Source: an uncultured Candidatus Accumulibacter sp.
GTDB lineage: Bacteria > Pseudomonadota > Gammaproteobacteria > Burkholderiales > Rhodocyclaceae
Assembly (NCBI GenBank): GCA_964420975.1
Contig: CAYQVH010000018.1
Coordinates: forward strand, 8,847 to 72,846
Reading direction: 5' to 3'
Length of the DNA: 64,000 nucleotides
Below are positions 28,866-38,995 of the stretch, in pieces (positions within the stretch are counted from its first letter, which is position 1; each line of letters starts with the position of its first letter). The notes below the pieces were generated by a model. The model was not told where the DNA came from. It saw only the letters and a list, made by a program, of their open reading frames with translations, and made no database searches. A program made the position numbers and the translations under genes.

Positions 28866-30105
28866 GGAGTCGCTCGTCGATGAGTTCGATCCAGTGTCGA
28901 ACAGGCAAAGTGCTGCCGCCCTGCAGATGCATCTGGCATCCGATGTTGGCAGTGACCAGCACGGTCGGCGAATCGGCGGTGAGTGCCGCCAGCTTGTCGT
29001 CGCGTAAGCGGTTGGCCAGCTCGGGCTGAGTGATCGAATAGGTGCCGGCTGACCCGCAGCAGAGGTGCGCATCGGCAACCGCAACGAGTTGGTAGCCGGC
29101 ATCGGTCAACAGACTCTCGACGACGCCACGCAGCTGTTGTCCGTGCTGCAGGGTGCAGGGTGAATGAAAAGCCACCCGCTGGCCGCCGAATGCCCCGGCT
29201 GACCCCAGTAACTCGCGGAGACGGTCGCGTTCGTCGGCGAGTACCTCGCAGGCGTCGCGCGTCAGCGCTGAGATGCGTTCCGCTTTTTTTGCGTACGCCG
29301 GATCGTCCTTGAACACTTCGCGATACGCCCGAACGTGTTCGCCACAACCCGACGCGGTCATGACAAACCCCTCGACCTGTCCGCCAACGAGCAAGGACCA
29401 CCAGGCGTCGATCACCTGTCGCATGTCCTGGCGCCCTTTTTCGCGGGCGTTGAGGTGATAGCGCAAGGCGCCGCAGCAAGCGGCGGCGGGAACTACAACC
29501 AGTTCGATCGCCAGCCGATCCAGAACGCGTGCCAGCGCCGCATGGGTGTTCGGCGCCAGGATCGGCTGCACACAACCGGCCAGCGCCACCAGCCGCCGCC
29601 GATGTCCCGCCGGGGCCGGCCACGGACCGGAGTCACTCCCTGCCGCGGCCGGCACCTTGCCAGCAAGCGCTGCCGGCAACAGGGGTCGCAACCACTGTCC
29701 AAGGCGGACCGCCGGCTTGAAGACCCAGCGTCTCGGCAAGGCTTCGCAGAGCAGGAATCGCATCGCACGGTCGGTCAGAGAACGCGGCACGCGTTCGTCG
29801 AGCACCTGACGACCAATTTCGAGCAGGCGATGATAACGGACACCGGACGGACACGTGGTCTCACACGAACGACAACTCAGGCAGCGGTCAAGATGAGTTT
29901 GGGTTCTTTTACTCACCGGCTGCCCCTCGAGCATCTCCTTGATCAGATAGATGCGGCCGCGTGGCCCGTCGAGTTCGTCGCCTAACAGTTGAAACGTCGG
30001 ACAGGTGGCAGTGCAAAAACCACAATGCACGCAGCTGCGCAAAATGGCATCGGCCTCTCGGCCAATCGCCGTATCCTTGATGAAATCGGCAAGCGTCGTC
30101 TGCAT
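28852..30105 (-). CDS. glcF: Glycolate oxidase iron-sulfur subunit
   Basis: CVHCGFCTATCP, CLSCRSCETTCP, CCG domains, TANIGC. Confidence 0.95.
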   Translation of the reverse strand: MQTTLADFIKDTAIGREADAILRSCVHCGFCTATCPTFQLLGDELDGPRGRIYLIKEMLEGQPVSKRTQTHLDRCLSCRSCETTCPSGVRYHRLLEIGRQVLDERVPRSLTDRAMRFLLCEALPRRWVFKPAVRLGQWLRPLLPAALAGKVPAAAGSDSGPWPAPAGHRRRLVALAGCVQPILAPNTHAALARVLDRLAIELVVVPAAACCGALRYHLNAREKGRQDMRQVIDAWWSLLVGGQVEGFVMTASGCGEHVRAYREVFKDDPAYAKKAERISALTRDACEVLADERDRLRELLGSAGAFGGQRVAFHSPCTLQHGQQLRGVVESLLTDAGYQLVAVADAHLCCGSAGTYSITQPELANRLRDDKLAALTADSPTVLVTANIGCQMHLQGGSTLPVRHWIELIDERLRGGR

Positions 30106-30117
30106 GATCGGTAACGC

Positions 30118-31185
30118 TCAAAAGTCCGGATACAGGCGGCCGCGGTTGAACACTCCGTGCGGATCGAAAGCCGCCTTCAGACGGCGATGGATGCCCGCCA
30201 GCGGCGTTGACAACGGCTGAAAGACACCCGCTGAGCGCTTCAGTCCCGGGTCCCCACGAAACAGGGTGGCGTGCCCATCGGCGTTGGCGGCCGCCGCCCG
30301 CACGGCGTCCGGTTCGCCGCCACGCAGCCAGCGCTGCGCCCCACCCCATTCGATGAACGTCCGACCAAGACGCTGCGGTGCCGCGGTAGACGGGAGCGAC
30401 AGGCGCCAGAGCGCCTCGTCGCCGGCAAAAAAGTCCTGCTCCTGTTCGCGTACGGACCGCCAGAACGACGCGGCATCGTCGTCGCCAAGCAGATCGCCAC
30501 CGAGCTTTTTGTGCGCGGCGTCGATGGCTGCTGCGGCCCCGGACAGGCGAACGGTCATTTGACCGTCGTGCCAGGCCGAAGCCGAAATGGGCAGCGGCCG
30601 CCCGCCCCACTCGTTGAGTCGCGCCAGCGCTGTAGCCTCGTCCAGGAAAAAGACGACGCTCTTTTCTGCTGCTGGCGTCGGCAGAACTTTCAGCGACACC
30701 TCCAGCACGACGCCGAGCGTTCCGAGGCTCCCAGCCATCAACCGCGCCACGTCGTAACCGGCAACGTTTTTCATCACTCGGCCACCAAACGAGAGCACGT
30801 CGCCGCGACCGTCGAGCACCTTGACGCCGAGCACGAAATCACGAACCGCGCCCGCGGCCGGCCGACGTGGTCCGGACAAGCCGCTCGCCAGCATCCCGCC
30901 GACGGTCGCTGTCGACCCAAAATGCGGGGGTTCAAAGGCCAGCGCCTGACCTTCGTCTGCCAACGCGGCCGCCAGGTCGCGCAAGGGCGTACCGGCGCGC
31001 ACCGTGACCACCAGCTCGGTGGGTTCGTAAGCAACGATTCCCCGACACGCGCCGACCGGCAGCGGCCCACCCTGCTCCGGCTCGCCATAGAACGCCTTGC
31101 TGCCACCGCCGCGAATCGCCAGCGGAATGCCGGAAGACACCGCTTCGCGGATGCGCTGGCGCCATTCGTCGATCAGAGCGTCCAT
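30118..31185 (-). CDS. glcE: Glycolate oxidase FAD-binding subunit
   Basis: YEPTELVVTVRAGT, FGGRVMKNVAGYD, FDPHGVFN. Confidence 0.95.
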   Translation of the reverse strand: MDALIDEWRQRIREAVSSGIPLAIRGGGSKAFYGEPEQGGPLPVGACRGIVAYEPTELVVTVRAGTPLRDLAAALADEGQALAFEPPHFGSTATVGGMLASGLSGPRRPAAGAVRDFVLGVKVLDGRGDVLSFGGRVMKNVAGYDVARLMAGSLGTLGVVLEVSLKVLPTPAAEKSVVFFLDEATALARLNEWGGRPLPISASAWHDGQMTVRLSGAAAAIDAAHKKLGGDLLGDDDAASFWRSVREQEQDFFAGDEALWRLSLPSTAAPQRLGRTFIEWGGAQRWLRGGEPDAVRAAAANADGHATLFRGDPGLKRSAGVFQPLSTPLAGIHRRLKAAFDPHGVFNRGRLYPDF

Positions 31186-31209
31186 TGCGCCGGCTCCGAG
31201 CAACGATCG

Positions 31210-32688
31210 TCAGAGCGAGACGGCAACCGAGAGTCCGGTGCGCGCCTGCGTGTACTCGCGGCAGCGCGCCAGCGTCGGCACTCCCTTGCCCGGATTGAGC
31301 AGGCCATACTCGTCGAACGCCGCCTTCAGGCGATGGAAAGCGGCAATCTCGGCTTCGCTGAACTGCTCGGCCATGAGCAGAATCTTCTCCAGGCCAACGC
31401 CGTGCTCGCCCGTAATCGTGCCGCCAAAACGCACCGACAGCTCCAGAATCTCGGCGCCAAAAGCAACAGCACGTTCGATTTCGCCGGCCTGATTCGCGTC
31501 GTACATGATCAAGGGGTGCAAGTTGCCGTCGCCGGCGTGAAAGACGTTGGCGCAGCGGAGGCGGTACTTTTCCGAGAGGTCATTGATCGCAGCCAGCATT
31601 TCGGCCAAGCGCTTCCTCGGAATCGTGCCGTCCATACACAGATAGTCGGGAGTCATCCGTCCGACCGCCGGGAACGCCGCCTTGCGTCCAGCCCAGAAAC
31701 GAAGTCTCTCGGCTTCGCTCGTCGAAACGCGCAGACTGGTCGCTCCGCTCCCCTCGAGTACCGCGGCCATGCGAGCGATCTCTTCGCCGACTTCCTCCGG
31801 CGTACCGTCAGACTCGCACAGCAGGACCGCTGCCGCTTCCAGATCGTAGCCCGCGTTAACGTAGGGCTCGACCGCCTGAATTGCCTTCCGGTCCATCATC
31901 TCCAGTCCGGCTGGAACGATGCCGGCAGCGATGATGCTGGCCACCGCGTCGCCAGCCTGACGCACGTCGTCAAACGAGGCCATCACCACCTGCGCCGTTT
32001 CGGGCCTCGGCGTCAGTTTGACCGTCACCTCGGTAATCACGACCAGCAGCCCTTCGGAACCGTTAACCAAAGCCAGCAGATCGTACCCCGGCGCGTCAAG
32101 AGCGGCACCACCGATTTCAACGACCTCGCCTTCGACCGTCAGTCCGCGCACGCGCAGGACGTTGTGCACCGTCAATCCATACTTCAGACAGTGCACACCG
32201 CCCGAATTCTCGGCCACGTTGCCGCCGATCGTACACGCGATCTGCGACGACGGATCAGGTGCGTAGTACAGACCATGCACCGCCGCCGCTTCGGAAACCG
32301 CCAGATTGCGTACGCCGGGCTGGACCACGGCCGTCCGTGAGCACGGATCGACGCGAAGAATTTTCTTCAGGCGAACAAGCGATACCACGACCGCGTCCGG
32401 ATGCGGCGTTGCGCCCCCGGAAAGACCGGTCGCCGCCCCCCGCGCAATGACCGGCACTTTCAGCCGGTGGCAGATTCTGAGGATCGCCTGCACCTGCGCT
32501 TCGCTATCCGGCAAGGTGACGATCAACGGTAACTGCCGAACCGCCGTCAGGCCGTCGCATTCATACGGCCGTAGATCCTCTTCTTCAACGAGCACGGCCG
32601 TCTCCGGCAGTATTTCGCGCAGTTGCCCAATCAAGTGCGCACGATCCACCGGAAAGCGGCGATCTGCGAGCGTACGGGCGAGGTTCAT
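31210..32688 (-). CDS. glcD: Glycolate oxidase subunit D
   Basis: YECDGL, PDPSSQIACTIGGNVAENSGG, HAGDGNLHP, GEHGVG. Confidence 0.95.
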   Translation of the reverse strand: MNLARTLADRRFPVDRAHLIGQLREILPETAVLVEEEDLRPYECDGLTAVRQLPLIVTLPDSEAQVQAILRICHRLKVPVIARGAATGLSGGATPHPDAVVVSLVRLKKILRVDPCSRTAVVQPGVRNLAVSEAAAVHGLYYAPDPSSQIACTIGGNVAENSGGVHCLKYGLTVHNVLRVRGLTVEGEVVEIGGAALDAPGYDLLALVNGSEGLLVVITEVTVKLTPRPETAQVVMASFDDVRQAGDAVASIIAAGIVPAGLEMMDRKAIQAVEPYVNAGYDLEAAAVLLCESDGTPEEVGEEIARMAAVLEGSGATSLRVSTSEAERLRFWAGRKAAFPAVGRMTPDYLCMDGTIPRKRLAEMLAAINDLSEKYRLRCANVFHAGDGNLHPLIMYDANQAGEIERAVAFGAEILELSVRFGGTITGEHGVGLEKILLMAEQFSEAEIAAFHRLKAAFDEYGLLNPGKGVPTLARCREYTQARTGLSVAVSL

Positions 32689-32742
32689 GACGTCTTCCCA
32701 GAATCCGGCGACGGCCCGCAATCTGCGGCGGGCAGTCCGGCA

Positions 32743-32769
32743 TTACGTCGCTTACGTCGCTCACGTCGC
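32743..32769. repeat. Tandem repeat (TTACGTCGC)x3, last unit with one mismatch
   Basis: 9-bp units 55-80 bp upstream of the glcD start. Confidence 0.75.
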
Positions 32770-32840
32770 CACGGGACCATTGCACGCAGCCTCACGGGTA
32801 AGCGGCGGAGCTTCCCGCGCTTACCTTGACCTAAGCCATC

Positions 32841-33572
32841 TCAGCCGCCCGAGCCGACGTAACCGGGCAATCCTGCCGCCTCGGGCAGGCTGGCAAGATG
32901 CACCGCCTCATCAATGATCGCCTGCCGATCCTCGTCCTTCATCTCGGAAATCAGGATGTCAACATTGTTGACCTCATTACGGAGCACCCCCTTGTCGAGG
33001 ATCATCCGCATGCGAAAGTACTGCGCCCATTGAAACTCGGCGAAGTCCGCCTGGGATTTCTCGTAGCCAAAATGCGTGCGCACATACCAAGCGAGGCCCC
33101 GGTACGGATCGTTGCGCAGGTCCTTGACGTGCTTCGGCAGCGCGTCCGGCTGGATGGGCCCTCCACCCGTGTGATCAAACAGAAAGACCCAGGCGTTGTC
33201 GTGCATCGCCTTCCAGAAATTGTAGTCCTTGAGAACGCTCCAGTTGTACAACACCTCGACCACCACCCGCGCGTTGCCGGTGTCAATCCCGGCCTCGTTC
33301 TTGTCTTTCGCGGCATCCCAGAGCGCGCGTGCCAAATGGTGATGATCGGTCAGGTAGTACTTGTCGTCGTTGCCAATGACGATCGGCACCGGGTGCGTGA
33401 TCAGATAAGCGATGAGGTCGTCCCGGCTCTTGTTGCGCATCGACTCCGCCTTCGCGTTCACCTCGTCAAGACCGACGCCGCATTGCGTCGGGTGCAGCTC
33501 CGAGACCCGCAGCTGGTAAAGCTGTCCACCACGATGGGCACGCGGCGTACATTCCTCGTAATTGAAATCCAT
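32841..33572 (-). CDS. ParB-like/Srx-fold protein (ParBc_2 type)
   Basis: LHPTQ.GVG, PVPIVIG, YLTDHHH, LRNDPYRGLAW, FAEFQWA motifs. Confidence 0.75.
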   Translation of the reverse strand: MDFNYEECTPRAHRGGQLYQLRVSELHPTQCGVGLDEVNAKAESMRNKSRDDLIAYLITHPVPIVIGNDDKYYLTDHHHLARALWDAAKDKNEAGIDTGNARVVVEVLYNWSVLKDYNFWKAMHDNAWVFLFDHTGGGPIQPDALPKHVKDLRNDPYRGLAWYVRTHFGYEKSQADFAEFQWAQYFRMRMILDKGVLRNEVNNVDILISEMKDEDRQAIIDEAVHLASLPEAAGLPGYVGSGG

Positions 33573-33616
33573 GATCCTTCTCCTCTCGACATCGGCCCCG
33601 GCGGGGCAGCGAATGC

Positions 33617-33898
33617 TTAGGTCTGTGCCTGCTCGTTGGCCAGTGCCTTCGCGGTAATCTCTTCGTACAAGCGCGCCATTCTCGTCGCCAGTTCCTGATA
33701 TTCGGGATGTCGAGCCAGAAACGGTTTGGCGTCCTCGGTATCGGCAAACACTCTTTCCAAAAAGCCGATGTCAAGGTCATCCAGCAACTGACCCGAGTCC
33801 ACTTTTGCCTTGAGGTCGAGAGCGCGCGGCAAACGCTCCTTCTCCAGGCGTTCGAGAACCACCATTGCCAAACCGAGATCGTCCGTCTCCTGACTCAT
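33617..33898 (-). CDS. Hypothetical protein (93 aa, helical)
   Basis: RBS AAGGAG upstream; plausible acidic helical composition; co-oriented with the ParB-like gene. Confidence 0.65.
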   Translation of the reverse strand: MSQETDDLGLAMVVLERLEKERLPRALDLKAKVDSGQLLDDLDIGFLERVFADTEDAKPFLARHPEYQELATRMARLYEEITAKALANEQAQT

Positions 33899-34320
33899 TC
33901 CGTGCTCCTTTCTTCTCCGAGTTCCTCTGCCACAACTTCGGCGGTCGAGAGGCCGACAAGACTCCTGCACGCCGAATGTGACGGCCCATGATGCCAGTTG
34001 TCCGCTGCAAAAGGCAATAGGCGCCCTTTGGCAATGACGATCTGGCAAAGCGCCGACCACATCACAACCGGTTACACAAGCCGGACAAACGGGCAACAGA
34101 TCGGCGCTCCGGGATTCGCTATCGTGCACTCCGTCGCTGATGCACTTTCTCCTCCCCCTCCCCCGTGCCTCAGTGACGACCCTCCGGCCCGCACAGCCCC
34201 TCCCTCTGTGCGGGCCGTTTCTTTTTCAGCCGGCCTATAATCACTCGCCCAGCGAACCGGCGTACGACGCCGCGGGAGAATCGGTTCTGGGGCGGCGATT
34301 TCTTTTTCGGAGAGGTGGAC

Positions 34321-37071
34321 ATGTACCGGTGGCTGAGGACCGCGCAAACCGTTCTCTGTTGGCTGGCCTTGAGTTTCGTCCCGGCAGTCGCGGACACCGC
34401 GTCGCTCAAGTTGCCGCCCGGGGTCAGCAAGCTGCATACCGTCGAGGGCGTCAGCGAGTATGCACTGGGCAACGGTTTCCGTTTCATCGTCTTTCCTGAC
34501 GCCGCCAAAGCGACGGTCACAGTCAACATCACCTATCTCGTCGGCTCGCGCCACGAGAGCTACGGCGAAACCGGCATGGCCCATCTCCTCGAGCATCTGA
34601 TCTTCAAGGGCTCGAAAAACTTTCCCGACCCGGCGCGGGAGTTCAAGGCACGCGGCTTTCAGATCAATGGGACGACCTGGCTCGATCGCACGAATTACTA
34701 TCTGACATTCCCCGCCAACGACGACAACGTGCGCTGGGCGCTGAGCTGGATCGCGGACTCGATGGTGAATTCGCATATTGCCCGCAAGGACCTCGACACC
34801 GAGATGACCGTTGTCCGCAACGAGTTCGAGATGGGTGAGAACGACCCGGCGAGCGTGATGATGAAACGCATGCAGTCGCTGCTCTACGACTGGCACAACT
34901 ACGGCAACAACACGATCGGCGCCCGCAGCGACATCGAGCAGGTCAAGATCGAAAACCTCAAGGCTTTCTACCGCCACCACTATCAGCCAGACAACGCCGT
35001 CCTCACCGTCGCCGGCCGCATCGACGAGCAAAAGACGATCGAGCGGGTCGCCAGCACCTTCGGTCGTCTGCCAAAGCCTTCTCGCGTTCTGCACGAGCAG
35101 TGGACGGTAGAGCCAACGGCGGACGGCGAACGCCAGTTCGTCGTCCGCCGCAAGGGCGAAGTCCCGCTCGTCACGCTGGCCTACCGGACGCCGTCGAGCC
35201 TGCATCGCGACGCCGACGGCGTCAGCATGGCCGCCGAAATCCTTGGCGATACGCCCAACGGGCGTCTGCACGCCGAACTCGCGCAGACCGGCCTCGCCGC
35301 ACACGTCTTTGCCTACACCGTCGACGCGCGCGACCCAGGGTTTGTCGTCTTTGGTGCGACCGTCAACCAGGGCGTGGCGATCGAGCGTGTCCGCGACAAA
35401 CTGGTCGAGGTGGTCGAAAACAGCTTCGCGCGCCAAGGAGCGACGCCAGCCGAACTCGCGCGCGCCGTCGAGCAATCGCGCACGGCGCACGAGCGAGCGC
35501 TCGCTGATCCTGAAGCCTTCGCCGTCATGCTTTCCGAATACCTTGCGCTCGGCGACTGGCGGCTGTTCTTCTATGCCCGCGATCAACTCGACCGGATTAC
35601 CACCGCCGACGTCGATACGGCGGCGCGCAAGTACTTCGTGCGCGACAACCGGGTGGTCGGGACCTTCCTGCCTGACGATGCGCCCCAACGCGCCGTGATC
35701 CCGCCGTCGCCGCGCGCTTCCGAACTCCTCGCCAACTACCAGGCGCGGACCGACGGTGATGCCGGCGAAGTCTTCGAACCGACGCACGATAACCTCGCGC
35801 ATCGCAGTCACCTGCGGACCGTCGAGACCTTGCGGATCGTTCTGCTACCGAAAAAGAACCGGGGGAAGACCGTCAACGTCGCGATGAGTTTTCGCTGGGG
35901 CGACCGGGAATCACTCGCCAGGCGCAACGTCGCTGGCCAACTCGCAATCGCCATGCTGACCCGCGGCACGAGCAAGATGACGCGACAAGCCATTGCCGAC
36001 GAGATCGTCCGCCTGAAAATACGCGGCAGCCTGACCCACTTCGAAACGACGCGCGACAAGCTGCCGGCGGCGTTGCGACTGGTGGCTCACCTGTTGCAAG
36101 ACTCGACCTTTCCCGAAAGCGAGTTTGAAGCGCTCAAGCGAGAACATCTGACCGCACTGCAATCGCAGCTCGACAACCCGGAAGACCTGAGCGCCGACGC
36201 GATGCGTACGCACTTCAATACCTACCCGCCCGACGACCCACGCCACCACCTCCCTTTGGCGCAACGGATAGAACGTGTTCAGCAAACCACGCGCGAGGAA
36301 GTCGTCGGCTACCATCGCGAGCTCGTCGGAACCGCGCGCGGCGAGTTGGCGATTGTCGGCGACTTCGACGAGAACGCAGTGGCCGCCGAAATCGCGTCCC
36401 TGTTTCCCCGTCAAGTGTCGCGCGCACCCTACAGCCGCGTCGACCGCGAGTTCAGGGAGGTCGCCGCAAAACGGGTGCTGATTGACACACCGGACAAGGA
36501 GAACGCCATCGTCCGCGTCAGAACCGACCTCCGGGTGCGTGACGACGACCCCGATGCCCCTGCCTTGTACGTCGCCAACACCATCGTCGGCGGCGGCAGC
36601 GGCTTGTCGAGCCGACTAATGGACCGTCTGCGCCAAAAAGACGGAATCAGCTACAGCGTCGTGTCGTCACTGTCGATGGGAAGTCGCCAGGCGCTGTCGA
36701 GCTGGTCGATCTTGGCAACGACAGCGCCGCAGAACGTCAGCCGCGCCGAGCAGGCGATTCTCGAAGAAATCCGGCGGGCTCGCGATAGCGGCTTCACCGC
36801 GCAGGAAGTCGCCGAAGCCAAAAAAGGGCTGCTCGAATCACGTGCCATCAGCCGCGCCCAGGATCCGTCGGTCGCTGCACAGTGGTTGTCGTATCTCGAT
36901 CTCGACCGTGACTGGACGTTTTCGAAGGACTTCGAAGCAAAAATTGCCGCCCTGTCGGCCGAACAGGTCAGCGCCGCGTTCCGCAAGCACATTGATCCCG
37001 AACAACTCACCCTGGTCATCGCCGCCGACAATCGCCGGCCACCAGCCGTCCTGGGTGAACAAGGCAGGTGA
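34321..37071 (+). CDS. M16 family (pitrilysin/PqqL-like) exported zinc protease
   Basis: Signal peptide; inverted zinc motif GMAHLLEH, NGTTWLDRTNY; four M16 domains. Confidence 0.92.
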   Translation: MYRWLRTAQTVLCWLALSFVPAVADTASLKLPPGVSKLHTVEGVSEYALGNGFRFIVFPDAAKATVTVNITYLVGSRHESYGETGMAHLLEHLIFKGSKNFPDPAREFKARGFQINGTTWLDRTNYYLTFPANDDNVRWALSWIADSMVNSHIARKDLDTEMTVVRNEFEMGENDPASVMMKRMQSLLYDWHNYGNNTIGARSDIEQVKIENLKAFYRHHYQPDNAVLTVAGRIDEQKTIERVASTFGRLPKPSRVLHEQWTVEPTADGERQFVVRRKGEVPLVTLAYRTPSSLHRDADGVSMAAEILGDTPNGRLHAELAQTGLAAHVFAYTVDARDPGFVVFGATVNQGVAIERVRDKLVEVVENSFARQGATPAELARAVEQSRTAHERALADPEAFAVMLSEYLALGDWRLFFYARDQLDRITTADVDTAARKYFVRDNRVVGTFLPDDAPQRAVIPPSPRASELLANYQARTDGDAGEVFEPTHDNLAHRSHLRTVETLRIVLLPKKNRGKTVNVAMSFRWGDRESLARRNVAGQLAIAMLTRGTSKMTRQAIADEIVRLKIRGSLTHFETTRDKLPAALRLVAHLLQDSTFPESEFEALKREHLTALQSQLDNPEDLSADAMRTHFNTYPPDDPRHHLPLAQRIERVQQTTREEVVGYHRELVGTARGELAIVGDFDENAVAAEIASLFPRQVSRAPYSRVDREFREVAAKRVLIDTPDKENAIVRVRTDLRVRDDDPDAPALYVANTIVGGGSGLSSRLMDRLRQKDGISYSVVSSLSMGSRQALSSWSILATTAPQNVSRAEQAILEEIRRARDSGFTAQEVAEAKKGLLESRAISRAQDPSVAAQWLSYLDLDRDWTFSKDFEAKIAALSAEQVSAAFRKHIDPEQLTLVIAADNRRPPAVLGEQGR

Positions 37072-37092
37072 GCGCCGAGCTCACCTGACGAC

Positions 37093-37527
37093 CTACTTTT
37101 TCAGACTGTCGCGAATCTCGCGCAAGAGGAGCACTTCCTCGGCCGGTTCGGGAGGCGCCGCTGGCGCCGGCGGGGGTTCACTCTTCTTCAACCGGTTGAT
37201 CTGCTTCACCATGAGGAAGATGATGAAGGCGAGGATGATGAAATTGACCAGAATGGTAATGAAGCTGCCATAAGCGAAGATCGGCACCTGGGCTTTCTTG
37301 AGCGCATCGAGCGTCCGTGGCGTCCCCTCGGGAATCGTACCAAGAACCAGGAACATGCCGCTGAAATCGAGCTTGCCACCCATAACCCAGGCGACGAAAG
37401 GCATGATGAGATCACCGACCACCGAGTCGACGATCTTGCCAAAAGCCCCGCCAATGATCACGCCGACGGCAAGATCCATGACGTTGCCTTTCATCGCAAA
37501 CTCTTTGAATTCCTGCAGCATGCTCAT
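37093..37527 (-). CDS. mscL: Large-conductance mechanosensitive channel
   Basis: [35 protein letters not shown]. Confidence 0.97.
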   Translation of the reverse strand: MSMLQEFKEFAMKGNVMDLAVGVIIGGAFGKIVDSVVGDLIMPFVAWVMGGKLDFSGMFLVLGTIPEGTPRTLDALKKAQVPIFAYGSFITILVNFIILAFIIFLMVKQINRLKKSEPPPAPAAPPEPAEEVLLLREIRDSLKK

Positions 37528-37616
37528 CGAGAGCCTCCCTGGTCGTTGTTTTCCGGAAGAACGCGCGTCAGTGCGAAGCGGCTGATTATAGTTTCCAGCC
37601 GTCCGCCAGGGAAGCC

Positions 37617-38774
37617 CTACAGGGCGCGCAACCTTTCTCCAGCAGCCGCCAGCGTCGCCTCCTGCTTGGCGAAACAGAAGCGTACGACGCGATCATCGCG
37701 TCGGTCACGATAGAAAACCGAGATCGGGATGGCGGCCACTCCCGCCTCGCGCGTCAGCCAACGCGCAAAATCTCGGTCAGGCAGCGTGGAAATCGCGCCG
37801 TAACCGGCAAGCTGAAAGTAAGTCCCTCGACAAGGCAGAAGCTCGAAACGCGAATCGCGCAGCTGCCGCCGAAAAAAGTCGCGCTTGCCTTGGTAAAACG
37901 ATGCCAGCTGCAGATAGCGCGAAGCGTCGTTCAGGTAGTCGGCGATGCCGTACTGGCACGGCGCGTTGACGGTAAAGACGTTGAACTGATGGATCTTCCG
38001 AAACTCTGCCATCAGGTCGCCGGGCGCCAGAACATAACCGGTCTTCCAGCCAGTAATGTGGAAGGTCTTGCCAAACGAGGAGACGATCACGCTCCTAGAC
38101 GCTAGCTCGGGATGCGCCGCGAGACTGTGGTGTTGCGCTCCGTCAAAGACGATGTGCTCGTACACCTCGTCGGCCAGCACGACGATCGGGCAGTCGCGCG
38201 TCAGCTCGGCCAGGCACGCCAGATCGCTGGCGTCGAGCAGGCTGCCGCTCGGGTTGTGCGGCGAGTTGACGACGATCATCCGCGTCCGATCGGTCAGCAA
38301 GCTGCGTACCTGCTCCCAGTCCGGCCGATAGTCGGGAAACGTCAGTTGCGCGTAGACCGCCCGGCCACCGACGGTTTCGATCGCCGGCACGTAGCTGTCG
38401 TAAACCGGCTCAAGAACGATCACCTCGTCGCCAACGCCGACGAAAGCAGCGATGGCCGTAAAGATCGCCTGCGTCGCTCCTGCCGTCACGGTGATCTCGC
38501 GTTCCGCGTCGTAGCGCACGCCGTAAAGTGCGGCCACTTTGTCGGCGATCGCCGCCCGCAGCTCCGGAATCCCGGCCATGGGGGGGTACTGGTTGCGTCC
38601 TTCACGCATCGCGCGGAGAGTCGCGTCGAACAACACGGGATCGGCCTGAAAGTCGGGAAATCCCTGCGACAAATTGATCGCGCCGCAGTCGGCCGCCAGC
38701 TTCGACATGACGGTGAAAATGGTGGTCCTGACTTCGGGCAACTTGGAAACGGGAACAACAGACGAATCGGGCAT
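37617..38774 (-). CDS. ybdL: PLP-dependent methionine aminotransferase (YbdL-like)
   Basis: [40 protein letters not shown]. Confidence 0.88.
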   Translation of the reverse strand: MPDSSVVPVSKLPEVRTTIFTVMSKLAADCGAINLSQGFPDFQADPVLFDATLRAMREGRNQYPPMAGIPELRAAIADKVAALYGVRYDAEREITVTAGATQAIFTAIAAFVGVGDEVIVLEPVYDSYVPAIETVGGRAVYAQLTFPDYRPDWEQVRSLLTDRTRMIVVNSPHNPSGSLLDASDLACLAELTRDCPIVVLADEVYEHIVFDGAQHHSLAAHPELASRSVIVSSFGKTFHITGWKTGYVLAPGDLMAEFRKIHQFNVFTVNAPCQYGIADYLNDASRYLQLASFYQGKRDFFRRQLRDSRFELLPCRGTYFQLAGYGAISTLPDRDFARWLTREAGVAAIPISVFYRDRRDDRVVRFCFAKQEATLAAAGERLRAL

Positions 38775-38995
38775 CGCTTTACCGAGCAGGCGCGTCAGAC
38801 AACAGGCGGGCGCCTAGTTTAGAGCCAGTTGGGGCCCAGGTCCAAGCCACCCACGGCACCTGGTCATGCGGTACGCTATACGATCCAGATGCGTCGCGGT
38901 GTCGCCTTGTGCCGTTTGCCCACAATTCGTACAGGACACGCCGGTCTTGCTCGGAACGGACGATCGCGCGCCTTGCTTGACGTTTTCGCCCCCTC

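Noticed and set aside
30271-32340. 689-aa plus-strand ORF
   Set aside because: Antisense shadow of glcE/glcD.
34072-35811. 579-aa minus-strand ORF
   Set aside because: Antisense shadow of the M16 peptidase gene.
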